Source of the DNA: Phoronis australis
Lineage: Eukaryota > Animalia > Phoronida
NCBI GenBank assembly: GCA_002633005.1
Contig: NMRA01000078.1
Span: 124,001-188,000, forward strand
Reading direction: 5' to 3'
DNA length: 64,000 bases
This document shows positions 51,601 through 62,490 of the stretch, piece by piece. The notes under the pieces were generated by a model that had not been told where the DNA came from, did not search any database, and saw nothing but the letters and a program-made list of their open reading frames with translations. The translations under genes were made by a program, and so were the position numbers. The number at the start of each line of letters is the position of its first letter. The stretch's first letter is position 1.

Positions 51601-53365
51601 ACCACGCATAGAATCTTTGCTTCCTCATTTTATGTGTCTTATTTTGAAAGTTGCTGGATCCAAGTTTGGCGAACAAGACTGTTAAAATTTTAAGTTAAAC
51701 AATGTTTTATGTGGTACATGAAAGCGAAATACTGTCTTTGATCTTGATACAAAAAATTACCAAATCATGTGTTCTTGCAACAATATTTCTGTTGCGGAAA
51801 CATTTATTCGATGTCCGCAGAAAAGACATGCTTGTAAGACCGCCAACTTCTGTCAAAGTTTATTTTGTCAATTAAAAATAGACTGGCTTGTTTAAAAAAT
51901 TCAAAACATTGAAAACTAAAATTCTGTCTAGTTTCAATCCAAAACAATTTTAAGCAAGGTTTCAGCAACTTTAATGCACGAATCGGTTAAAATTTATTTT
52001 CGTTTTGCATGTGAGTTCCTCTTAACCTGAGATAAAATAATTTGTGTTACATTAATTTCCTATTTTCATCATTCTTTATTTTAATGTGTTTACATTCTAC
52101 TGCATATGTGTCAAAATGCCTACATTTTAGACCTTGTTGATATAAATAGCAGTGCTGACAGAGACTTCAGAACCTTCGACTCAATTGATAAAATTATGTT
52201 GGGCTGAAAGCAATTTGCAGTTTTGAACATCTCTTAAAGCTTGAGTTTTGTTAAATTCGGAAAACTTTCAATCATATGCAAAAAAAATATGTCAATATTT
52301 CAATGTTAAATGCCTTCAGTAATAAAATCAAATCTTTCACACCTCTGCATAAATTAAGTAAATTGCTCTTTTATTCCTGACCAGTAAATCTTAATCTGAC
52401 TCTAAAATAACATCATTGGCATATTATGTTATACTAAACAAAAATACAGATTAAAGTTCAACATGGTTGTTGGCTCATTTGTTTGGACGTTAGCATGTAT
52501 TAAATTGTGTTTTTCTAAGAGTCGGCATCTTGACTATATGCTTGCACGCACTTAATGACCTGCCCCATTTAATTAATACCCCCCTCACCGAGTTGTACAG
52601 CTTGATTCCTGTCCACATGCCAAGATAATTCTTAGTTGTTAGCTCTGATTACAAAATATTTTTCACTGAATCACGTACACTCCTCGGTCTCTCACTAAAA
52701 CAAAAAAGGTGTTGTCCGCATTTTTCCTATCATGAGGACGGAATTGGATGCTGTTGAACTCTGACCCACTCACCATTGACCTCATTATCTCAACCTTTGT
52801 GCTGATAGTGGCTTACAGTTTGGAAGTACTGTGGAGAATTGGGAAAATCAGTTTTGACAATACCAGCTATTAAGTCAAATTTTTATACTTACTGAATCTA
52901 AATATTTATTTTGAGAGCACTTTGACTGCTATATAAAGCAAAACACACTGTGGTGAAGTCTATTTTATTGAGCGACTTACAAACAGATAACTGGGTTTTA
53001 AACACACTTAATAACTCAGTTACTATCAGTTACTATGTTGTTATCATTAAATAAGTGTTAATGGCTGACTTTGGAGTCATTTTTAAAAGGAAAAAATTAT
53101 GAGTGTCAGACTATGTTAAATTGACCTTACATATAAACAGTACCCGAACAAACTGAAATCCACAAGTTGTGCATTGTCCTGAACACCCCTGTGTCTGATC
53201 GTTGGTCATTTCTGCCTTCAGTTGAGACAGGACACGGCTATCGTGACTGCACCCAGCATGCAGTCTCTGCCGACCAGGGCGAGTCGTAGCAGCACCTTCA
53301 TGGAGTCTTACCTCAACCAGCGTGTCAGTATCCAATCTTCTTTTACTAACAAAAGGGGGCGCTGA
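36223..53365 (+). CDS. SLC26A5-like: SLC26 family anion exchanger (prestin/pendrin/SLC26A6-like) with sulfate-transporter TM domain and C-terminal STAS domain, spliced, about 16 coding exons, about 826 aa
   Basis: Motifs [64 protein letters not shown]...[32 protein letters not shown] and HDAV. GT-AG introns with consistent phases. The last exon is less certain, and orthology to one vertebrate paralogue cannot be resolved by eye. Confidence 0.93.
37866..37976 (+). CDS. SLC26 coding exon 2
   Basis: [38 protein letters not shown]; 111 nt; AG/GT boundaries. Confidence 0.93.
38063..38499 (-). mobile_element. MITE of the CAGGGCTTGGAAT family with an expanded terminal minisatellite
   Basis: CAGGTCTTGGAAT ... 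ATTCCAAGTCCTG; perfect TSD ATTATG. Confidence 0.88.
38263..38499. repeat. Minisatellite, 22-24-bp unit, about 10 copies
   Basis: GTCATGGGGACAGGGT(G/A/CA)TTCCAA in tandem. Confidence 0.95.
38911..38978 (+). repeat. Mini-hairpin dispersed repeat, copy 2
   Basis: ATTTTGAGAACCAGTTT-loop-AAACTGGTTCTCAAAAT...GGACCCCTG. Confidence 0.8.
40122..40327 (+). CDS. SLC26 coding exon 3
   Basis: [14 protein letters not shown]...[13 protein letters not shown]; loop with N-glycosylation sequons NYT, NDT, NDT. Confidence 0.92.
40852..41019 (+). CDS. SLC26 coding exon 4
   Basis: [37 protein letters not shown]... Confidence 0.93.
41764..42010 (-). mobile_element. Degenerate MITE, CAGGGCTTGGAAT family, AT-rich subtype
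   Basis: Body matches the reverse complement of 4627-4889; termini eroded; ends about 55 bp before the exon 5 acceptor. Confidence 0.82.
42066..42221 (+). CDS. SLC26 coding exon 5
   Basis: NYIELF...[12 protein letters not shown]; AG/GT boundaries. Confidence 0.92.
42682..42764 (+). CDS. SLC26 coding exon 6
   Basis: [10 protein letters not shown]...IVGDIPTG; 83 nt. Confidence 0.9.
43223..43370 (+). CDS. SLC26 coding exon 7
   Basis: FPIPQPP...[28 protein letters not shown]; 148 nt. Confidence 0.93.
44526..44639 (+). CDS. SLC26 coding exon 8
   Basis: [38 protein letters not shown]; 114 nt. Confidence 0.94.
45088..45165 (+). CDS. SLC26 coding exon 9
   Basis: [26 protein letters not shown]; 78 nt. 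Confidence 0.92.
45457..45552 (+). CDS. SLC26 coding exon 10
   Basis: [32 protein letters not shown]; 96 nt. Confidence 0.93.
46067..46173 (+). CDS. SLC26 coding exon 11
   Basis: [36 protein letters not shown]; 107 nt. Confidence 0.93.
46386..46525. repeat. Minisatellite, 28-bp unit, 5 copies
   Basis: TGTTTGAGTTATAGTCAAGGTCACTCAT in perfect tandem. Confidence 0.95.
47087..47156 (+). CDS. SLC26 coding exon 12
   Basis: [23 protein letters not shown]; 70 nt. Confidence 0.9.
47171..47278. repeat. Minisatellite, 18-bp unit, 6 copies
   Basis: TGAAACACTGCTACTCTA in tandem, just after the exon 12 donor. Confidence 0.95.
47541..47644. repeat. Tandem duplication, 52-bp unit, 2 copies
   Basis: AAGTCTGGCCTGC.A.GCCA.CTGTTG.CCACAAATACCACCA.GCAATATT twice. 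Confidence 0.85.
47782..47991 (+). CDS. SLC26 coding exon 13 (STAS start)
   Basis: [24 protein letters not shown]...; the donor could be at 47991 or 47982 (both phase 0). Confidence 0.85.
48020..48260. repeat. Degenerate tandem repeat with a TTGGCTTGGCCTGACT core
   Basis: Recurrent GGCTTGGC(C)TG and GCTAGACA motifs at about 35-40-bp spacing. Confidence 0.65.
50088..50313 (+). CDS. SLC26 coding exon 14 (STAS core)
   Basis: NGNVVDK...[41 protein letters not shown]. Confidence 0.92.
51208..51332 (+). CDS. SLC26 coding exon 15 (STAS end)
   Basis: [13 protein letters not shown]...[12 protein letters not shown]...LEE|GTGGGT. Confidence 0.9.
53222..53365 (+). CDS. SLC26 probable terminal coding exon
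   Basis: TTTCTGCCTTCAG acceptor; GC-richer open frame [47 protein letters not shown]; no conserved motif to confirm it. Confidence 0.55.
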   Translation: MRQDTAIVTAPSMQSLPTRASRSSTFMESYLNQRVSIQSSFTNKRGR

Positions 53366-54209
53366 ACTCGGTTTTGTCTTATCGGTTGTTTCCGCACATT
53401 TTGCTCTGTGATCTCAGTTACAAAACGTTTGAAGTAATTCTATCACGTCACTGTTTACTTTATGCAAGTAATGCACATTTGTTCGCCAGTGAGCTTCTGT
53501 CATGAATTTCAAATTATTCAGCCCTCTGTACCAAGGTTTTCCCCACCAAACCCGACCTGAAAAACTTGACAGCATGTAAAATTGAATTTACTTCTCAGTT
53601 TCTGTGACTTGTCCAATATTCAAGAACTTACCCAAGTAGCGTTAATGACTGTGGAACATCGTACATCTTTTAACATCATTGGCAAAACTGAATTTAGTGC
53701 CTCCCAACTAAACGGTAGTGTCGCTGTGTATAAGGCCCGGCATGACCGTAGATGCTTCTTACTCTGTCGGGTACTTGATGCAATGTGATGTTTCTTATAC
53801 TATCCTGACCATCCTCAAGGAAGCCATCATCCCAGGTCTTCTTGTTCATGTCAATGGAGAGCTCTGGTGATGGCATTACTGCTAATAATGGATGGATATC
53901 AGTTGCATGTGACAGAGATAGTGTTGTCTGTAAATGTCTTTGACTTCAAGATATTCTTTTCATATCCACACTTTTTTCCAGTTTTAAAGACAGAGTGATG
54001 AATCGTGGTTTCCAGACTTAGAGCCCTGTTTTCACTCATTCTGACGGCCATCCTCTCTTGTTGAATGTTCCTTTACTGTTTTTCCACAATCACTGTCTAT
54101 GAGTGTTATCGTTTTTATTAAAATATAATTTGGTCACTGCTAAGCTGTCACCTATCTTGTTCTCAGTTCTCTGAGAACCAATTTTGTCTGCTGAATTACG
54201 GACATCACA

Positions 54210-54294
54210 CAGGTCCTTGAAGTGCATTTTGAGAACCAGTTTTCTCCACTGAATAATGGGTATCAAACTGGTTCTCAAAACAAATGGACTCCTG
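54210..54294 (-). repeat. Mini-hairpin dispersed repeat, copy 3 (inverted)
   Basis: Loop sequence is the reverse complement of that in copies 1 and 2. Confidence 0.8.
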
Positions 54295-54384
54295 TGGCTG
54301 TTGTCAAATTTTACAAATGTGGAGAGGTTTGGCAACTGGCTGTCATACACGCAGAATTGGTAAACACAAGGCATTAAACTGGCA

Positions 54385-54691
54385 TCTTGTCAGATCTAAC
54401 ATGCCGTATTGCCAAGTACTACAGCGAACTATGCTCTGCTAACATGTACATGTGGTGCATGTACCACACAGTACGACAGTTACAAATAGTACTGTACTCT
54501 CATTATGCAGAACTGGTCAAACAAAAGACAGTAAACAGGCATCTTTATCATTTATTTAACCCAGTCCTGCTTAATCACTGTACAGTACTATTTGTGGCTG
54601 CTGTACTGTGTGGTACACGTGTCATGTGTACATGTTAGTAGAGCTTAGTTCGCTGTAGTACTTGGCAATACAGTATGTTTAACTGGCAAGA
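54385..54691. mobile_element. Foldback/MITE-like long inverted repeat
   Basis: Arms of about 113 bp (54385-54497 and 54580-54691) around an 82-bp spacer, e.g. GTATTGCCAAGTACTACAGCGAACTA vs TAGTTCGCTGTAGTACTTGGCAATAC. Confidence 0.85.
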
Positions 54692-56207
54692 AACAGTGCT
54701 ACCAACTTTTTCTCCGTCACCCTGTTGGTAACCTGACTGGAGCGTAACATCTAAAAAAAATCACAAAACAGTGAATGCGCATTCCTTGTGTAGCAAGCGG
54801 CCAACTTAGTAGTTATGCTGTGTTGAATAGTTCAATGATTTGTGCTTGTTGTTTGGCTTGCCCATAATGCTTGAACATGATTTGACGGCATGCAGACAAT
54901 GTTGTGTAATAAGGTGCCACAAATTTTGTCTTGGCATAAGGGGCCTTGAGGTTTGACCTATTTTGGTGACTGGTCACTGCCATGTCAAATTTAGTCAAAT
55001 GTCTTCCAGTCTGAGCAAAAATAATTTCTGAAATTGTCGCGTTTTCATTTTTCAAGGCTAACTGCGTAGCTGAAATGCTCAGAATTTTGTACAAACTATT
55101 ACTAAAATGAATCAAAAAACATCTCCATAAATATTTATTTTTTGTTAAGAAATTTCATAAAGTCAAATTTCATTGTTCTGTCACATTCTGGTCTCAATTG
55201 TGGAATCTTCACTGAACGTCATAAACCAGTGACAAACTCAATTGCCTAATCACATATTTATTATAAAATTTGGTTCTCACATTGTTTGCAAAGGTAAGTT
55301 ATTGCTGTTTGCATGTTACTTAGTTTGTGAAGGTGTCTATATCTACAGTGCAAGAGAAAAGTAATCGACAAAATACCATTTTCCCCCGTCGTAACTGCTA
55401 ATCCCTTTAACAGCACAAATTACTAGTAATAAAGGTGGTAAAATTCTAATTACAGAATAGCTTAGCCACCTCGCTTACTTTCCTGTTAAATTATCCTTCA
55501 TTCTCGGTCTCGAGAGAAGAAAACTCCAACGAGGAACTCGTCTTCTGCCAAGCTGTCATAACAGGGAATTCAGGGTCATTTTGTCTGAATACTTGGCTTG
55601 TTCTCTACATAATTGTGCTGTCACAGACACGTGTCTGCAGACACTGCTTTGTTTCAGTTAATGTGACGCTTTCAAGACTTCACAACACATAAGTCATGTT
55701 CACCTTCTGATTACTGGTCATAACGTCATTTTGCCTGTGAGGCAAACTTAGGGGCTTGAGGCAGTATAAGCTGGTCAGCTGTTATCAGCGATATGAATAG
55801 GCCTTTGTCTTAGGTCTGACCAGTTGTGAACTACTTTCATTCACACTGGCCTCATTTAGCATCAAGTTGTCAACTATTTCCCACAAAACTTGACCGATTT
55901 TTGTGGGAGAAAATGGTCCGAACTCCATTTTTTATGAGAAATTCAAATATGGACTCTGTTTCTGTGCACAAAAAGGGCAAAAAATGATATCAATTGACCT
56001 AATTCTTCAGGCAGCTCTTATCTTAACGCAATCAGATTAAAGTGTAATAAAGTGTAATTGAGCTGAAAGACCTGCTGTTTCTGACCTTCTGGACTAGCCT
56101 GCCTGATACAGCTGGACGGTCTATCCCGACAATATAACGTTACCGGTATGTTTCATTTTATCTCACTTCGTTCATGTCAAAAAGTTTAGGTGTATCATTT
56201 CATCTCG

Positions 56208-56400
56208 CCCAGTTCATATCCAGAGGTTTCATCTTCATAAAATCATGCCTCCACCCAGTTCATATCCAGAGGTTTCATCTTCATAAAATCATGCCTCCAC
56301 CCAGTTCATATCCAGAGGTTTCATCTTCATAAAATCATGCCTCCACCCAGTTCATATCCAGAGGTTTCATCTTCATAAAATCATGCCTCCACCCAGTACA
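56208..56400. repeat. Minisatellite, 46-bp unit, about 4 copies
   Basis: CCCAGTTCATATCCAGAGGTTTCATCTTCATAAAATCATGCCTCCA in perfect tandem. Confidence 0.95.
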
Positions 56401-56599
56401 TGTGCAGAAAATTTAATGATATGCCATTTTGTTGGGCTTAGTTCGATTCCACGATTCTTTTGTCCAATTTAGTACAGTTGGCTGAAGCTTTATGTTGTTA
56501 TTATTATTGTTTGTGTAAAAGTATTTTTTTATTATTTGTTACATTGATCATTTGCGTTAATTTTATGTATGTATATTTTTCTCGGTTAGTTCAGAAATT

Positions 56600-56762
56600 T
56601 TCAGTGATATGACTGTTCGGTGATATTTTGTTATTAAGTGATATCGTTTCTTTCAGTAACATCTTTTTGTTTAGTAATATCACTGTGTTTAGTGATATCA
56701 TTTTTTCAGTAATGTCATTTTGTTCAGTGATATCATTTTGTTCAGTGATATCATTTTGTTCC
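56600..56762. repeat. Degenerate 18-bp minisatellite
   Basis: TTCAGTGATATCATTTTG consensus, about 9 copies. Confidence 0.85.
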
Positions 56763-59700
56763 TCTTCATTCACAAGTTATGTAGTGCCATGTTGCTCTAC
56801 TCCATCTCCTGACCCTGCCTAGACATTGTAAACTGAATCATTTGTTCTCCTTCGCTTGTCCTGTAATGAACGATGACTCAAACCAAAGAGTTCCGTAACT
56901 GACTAGGTTAAGGTTGGGCTGTAAACCCATGACATTGGTGGTGTTGAGTTGGATTTTGATTCCTCCCCCCCTCCCCCGAAGTTGGACTCATCCAATACCT
57001 TCTGTTGTAGCCTCATGCAGCAAACCGTGTCATCTTTGAGGAGACTGCGGTCTGAACAGGTTTGATCAGTGTTGTCTTGCACGGGACTAAGCCTGCATGT
57101 TCCTATTTGGTTATTTTTGTGCATTTGCATATCTCTGCCACCAGCATGCATTTTTTTCTGAATCACCCTGTATTCATTTTAACCTGTTAACCTTTCAGTT
57201 TCACCTCTGACTTCATGTCATTCCAGCATGGTAAAGTGTTTGTGCTCAGACTAATATTAGTTAAAATGCAGGCAGGTCCAGGTGTAGGATTGTTTCTGTT
57301 TGGTGATAAGTCATTCGCTCATGCATGCAAAATGATTTTGAAGTGGCAATTGTTTATTATTCCATGAAAATGTTAATTCCAGTACACGCTACCTGGTGAA
57401 TTTCAGGTGAACTATGTGATGATGTGCAAACTCAAATTACAGTCTGTGAGGGACACAGATTTTCTGAAAAACGTTCCAAAAAGAAATAATTTGACTAACT
57501 AAAATATAAATAAAATGTTCAGAGCTATTTTGTTTAAGTAAGGAACTGTCCCGCATTTGTGGCTTTTTTCCTAATTCATACACTTTGTATAACTGGCATT
57601 ACTACATGCAGAACACAAGAATTGTTTGTGCCAGCTGGGTAGTTTGTGAGAGTTAATTTGTTCATGAATTGAATGAGGCATAGCTACTTCAAAGTCCTGC
57701 TTATGGGTGCTTGAATTGGCCAGGTCTCCTCCCTGGATCTGCCTTTGGATACCTGCTGTTTTGGGAGATGGACAATTGAAAATTAAAAGTGAGACGGTAT
57801 ATCTGAAGATGATACGAGCAATTAACGCCTTGACATGTACCTCTGTCTTAGTCGTGAATTTTCAATTTTTTCCATGTCAGTTTGACTAGAATTGAACACA
57901 CCTTGGGTAGTTTACGAGCTCATTCAATAGGGGACAGGTGTATTCATATTAAAGACACTATTGGCCAGATATCTTGACTAATTACGGAAGCTTTGTGGGT
58001 ATTTTCATACCGTGTACACAATTCAGCACCGTATGTCACCGAGTGTTTGTAAAACATCATCTGTTTTACAATTGTTTGGTTAATAAGTAGGATTCTTATC
58101 CTCAGAACACCGGCATTGTCTTGGATGGTCTTGCTCATGTCAGATATTTGCCTTAGTGAGTTTTGATCGCTCATCTGCAATAGTTTGTCTCCCGATACAT
58201 TGCATGTGTATGAACTCGCTTCAAGTGTTTATATTTTGTATTTTTGTTGTGTTACCATAGTGATGGATTCGGATGCGTGTTTCAGAACTCGTACATGTCA
58301 CATGATTGCGACAGTGATGAGGAGGCCATACTAACTGTTTTGTCCAATGCTGGCAAGGTCTGAGTGGCTTAACATACTAACCCGTGTTGTGGGTCCCTTT
58401 GAGGTACTACCAGCTCTTGAGATGTGGTACAAGTTAAATGTGGTAAAAAATATATCGATTCCAAGAAAACATGGAAAAATTCTCTTGTATGCACAAGTTG
58501 TTTCATTTACCTAGCCATAGCTCAAAGGCGTCTTACCAGTCCTGTAATAATTGTCTGGAACTGCAACTTTAATATTTAAAAATTTGCGTCATAAAAAGGT
58601 CAAAAACGTATTCCAGACAATTGAAAACAGGTTTTTAAAACGGGTGTTGTGTGTGTGTTAAATGCTTTTCTTGCACGTTAAATAAACTCGTAACATTTGC
58701 TGCCTATTTGCTTTTGTGTGTGGTTTGTTTTGCTTTGATGGTTGTTAGTTTTGTATAATTTGAAAATAATTTTAATTTACAAAGTAATCGTCACAAGCTT
58801 TCTCGTTTCTATAAGATAGCAATGTGATCTACTCAAGATAAATTTTCCTGGTGAAACTAATTTGAAACTCAATAATACCGAATTCTTAAATCGTGATGAA
58901 GTTTATAAACTTGATAACACACTTTCTTTTACATCCAGGTTGTGAATGTTGGCGATAACAAAAGAGAGCACATTAGTGACATGGTATATGTGCCAAGAGG
59001 AAGGTTATCTACCCACTGAATCTTTGATTCGACCCCTGTATATGGATGCTGCCTGCCGAGATAAAACTTTTGATATTGTCCCCACATTGTGACGAATGAA
59101 CTTGGAAGAATCCTCCATGGGGCTGTTCTAATTTGCTTGCATCGAGCTTCTGTTGACAACTTCACAGTAGAAGTTCCTTGCCAGAGATTATTGACCCCAT
59201 GACCATTAGTGACGTAGCTCAAGCTGAAAGGAGAGACAGGCAGCAAGCAAGGCACTGACGTTTGACCCCTCTGATGCTGCTGTTGAGTCCCATGTTATTG
59301 GTTGCTGTGTAACCTTTGTGTGTGTTGAGAATGTTATATATACATATACATTCCAGTTAGATACCATTTCCTACCCTGGTTAAGGTTTGTAGTTCTAGTT
59401 TGCAGCCATGTACGACTACAGAAAATAAACGAGAGAGTAGCGACAACTGGTGCCCTCTGTGGTTCACAGAAGATTGCGATTGTGTTGACTGTCGGAAGGT
59501 TTGACTTCTGACATGCTTTTTATCAATTTGCTGATTAGAGGTGCTATTTTTGTGCAAAGTATATTTTTGTATGTACTGTATACACTGTTACCTACGTTCA
59601 TCCTTTAGAGGGTTGTTCCTGCAGTTAAGTGCATTTGAAAGTTTAATACCAAATGTTTGGTCAGATATATTAAGCCATAACGATGTAATTATTTTATCTA

Positions 59701-61032
59701 GTCTGCTGTATCAGTTGCATGGTACGTGGAATCAAAAGCTGTACTCAAATCTAGTAACTTTGACGGTGTCATGTTGACAACTGCTTGACCATGGCCTGTG
59801 ACCACCAACGTAATTTGAGGCACGAACAAGTCGTTAATGGATTAGTCTTCCAAGGGAACACTTGTTGGTTCCCCTCGGAAAATTTGATTCATGAAAATTC
59901 ACTAGTCGCTTACCAGCATAATTCTTTGCCTCGTATTCTATGTAAAGTTTTCATCACTTATTTAGCTTCTCAGTCACGATTTTTGATACCGGTGTTTGTC
60001 AATTTGGCCAGTTCATAAGCAATTAGTGGTTACAGGCCCTGGTGAGGGTACTCATGCTCGACAATGGTGAACTCCCACCAAACATGAAATTCTAGGCAAT
60101 AACTTTTGCTCAATTTATTGTATTTTTCAATCACATTGTACAAGATGAAATTGTTTGTTAAATGAGTTGTTTATTGATGAAATAAATTTTTAAATGAATG
60201 CGCCTAATATTTACAAATTAGGAAAAAATGATGAATGTAGTAAAATTTCAGTGATTTCTTAAATCCATTTTGAAGTGAAGTCAGAGATGCACTCATTCTA
60301 AGTTTTGCTAATTACATGACCCCAATAACAATGTATGTTGCTCAGTCATTCTTGAATCAATGACTAGAGAATGCGGGAGAGTCGCAGTCCTTGAACGTGG
60401 TACGGAGATTGGCTACAACATGTAGACGAACCCTATTGATTTTGAGGTCACCTGGGTCAAAGGTCAATTGTGCCTTTGATCACAAAAATCTTGTCCAATC
60501 AGTCACAAGTAAACACTACATGATACAGTCCTCAAACGGAGGTGGATCCTGACCTTTTGACGACCCTCATTAACCTTGAGGTCATCTGACTAAAGGTCAG
60601 TGTCATTACTATAACAGGAGACAATGCATTTCTTTTTTTGACAAGCATCATATCCAGTTGCAGCTCATGACACTCCAACATCAAACTTCCTCCCGAACCA
60701 AGAAGTTGATTTGTGCGCAGTACAGCGGGGATTTCTGAGTTCAATCGTAACGCTTGACAAAATCTATCCATTGACTGGAGAAGAATGTACCATTGCACTT
60801 CTGGTTTGTCACATCGAGAACTACCACTACACCGGCACCACCTATTGGCCACTTCTCTGTTAAATACTTTCACTGTCACTGAAGTCCCATACCTGCGGGA
60901 AAACAGAAATTGATGTTGCATTTTGAAACAAAGTCGGTAGAAACATGCTAGGGGTGTTTTCAAATATGACCAACAGATTCCAAATCACAACTTCTCTAAA
61001 AGCCCGTGCTCCCTCACTTCACACCACCCCTG

Positions 61033-62004
61033 NNNNNNNNNNNNNNNNNNNNNNNNNNNNNNNNNNNNNNNNNNNNNNNNNNNNNNNNNNNNNNNNNNNN
61101 NNNNNNNNNNNNNNNNNNNNNNNNNNNNNNNNNNNNNNNNNNNNNNNNNNNNNNNNNNNNNNNNNNNNNNNNNNNNNNNNNNNNNNNNNNNNNNNNNNNN
61201 NNNNNNNNNNNNNNNNNNNNNNNNNNNNNNNNNNNNNNNNNNNNNNNNNNNNNNNNNNNNNNNNNNNNNNNNNNNNNNNNNNNNNNNNNNNNNNNNNNNN
61301 NNNNNNNNNNNNNNNNNNNNNNNNNNNNNNNNNNNNNNNNNNNNNNNNNNNNNNNNNNNNNNNNNNNNNNNNNNNNNNNNNNNNNNNNNNNNNNNNNNNN
61401 NNNNNNNNNNNNNNNNNNNNNNNNNNNNNNNNNNNNNNNNNNNNNNNNNNNNNNNNNNNNNNNNNNNNNNNNNNNNNNNNNNNNNNNNNNNNNNNNNNNN
61501 NNNNNNNNNNNNNNNNNNNNNNNNNNNNNNNNNNNNNNNNNNNNNNNNNNNNNNNNNNNNNNNNNNNNNNNNNNNNNNNNNNNNNNNNNNNNNNNNNNNN
61601 NNNNNNNNNNNNNNNNNNNNNNNNNNNNNNNNNNNNNNNNNNNNNNNNNNNNNNNNNNNNNNNNNNNNNNNNNNNNNNNNNNNNNNNNNNNNNNNNNNNN
61701 NNNNNNNNNNNNNNNNNNNNNNNNNNNNNNNNNNNNNNNNNNNNNNNNNNNNNNNNNNNNNNNNNNNNNNNNNNNNNNNNNNNNNNNNNNNNNNNNNNNN
61801 NNNNNNNNNNNNNNNNNNNNNNNNNNNNNNNNNNNNNNNNNNNNNNNNNNNNNNNNNNNNNNNNNNNNNNNNNNNNNNNNNNNNNNNNNNNNNNNNNNNN
61901 NNNNNNNNNNNNNNNNNNNNNNNNNNNNNNNNNNNNNNNNNNNNNNNNNNNNNNNNNNNNNNNNNNNNNNNNNNNNNNNNNNNNNNNNNNNNNNNNNNNN
62001 NNNN
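61033..62004. other. Assembly gap (N run)
   Basis: Run of N bases. Confidence 1.
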
Positions 62005-62185
62005 TACCTCACAGTTGTCTGTGCATGACCCAGCTTACCTCACAGTTGTCTATGCATGACCCAGCATACCTCACAGTTGTCTGTGCATGACCCACCTTAC
62101 CTCTCAGTTGTCTGTGTGTGACCCACCTTACCTCACAGTTGTCTGTGCGTGACCCAGCTTACCTCACAGTTGTCTGTCTGTGCGT
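62005..62185. repeat. Minisatellite, 30-31-bp unit, running into the gap
   Basis: ACCTCACAGTTGTCTGTGCATGACCCAGCTT in tandem, about 6 visible copies. Confidence 0.93.
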
Positions 62186-62490
62186 GAAGCTCGTCTAACC
62201 CTGTTAACTCTTCCAAGTACCGCGGTTCATTAAACACTTTCATCAGAAATTCGAATCCTTCTTTTGCATAATGATCGAGAACCTGTGAAAAACAACGTTG
62301 TTCATTGACACGACTTCACTACACTTGAAACGGGACTGCCTCAAATGGCAATAGAATAGTAGTTTGTGGCATCTGACTGCAGAGGGCAGTACACAATATA
62401 CAAATCACCAAGTCACTGAAGTGTTGTTCCCTTGTATCAATAGATGGCGTTAGCTATCAGTACTGTGTCTGTTGGTCTCGGAACTATTAA

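Noticed and set aside
60532-60963. 143-aa minus-strand ORF
   Set aside because: No recognisable motif; overlaps an AAGGTCA-type repeat remnant; no convincing exon structure
60945-62090. Three long ORFs of 332-381 aa
   Set aside because: Artefacts of translating the N gap
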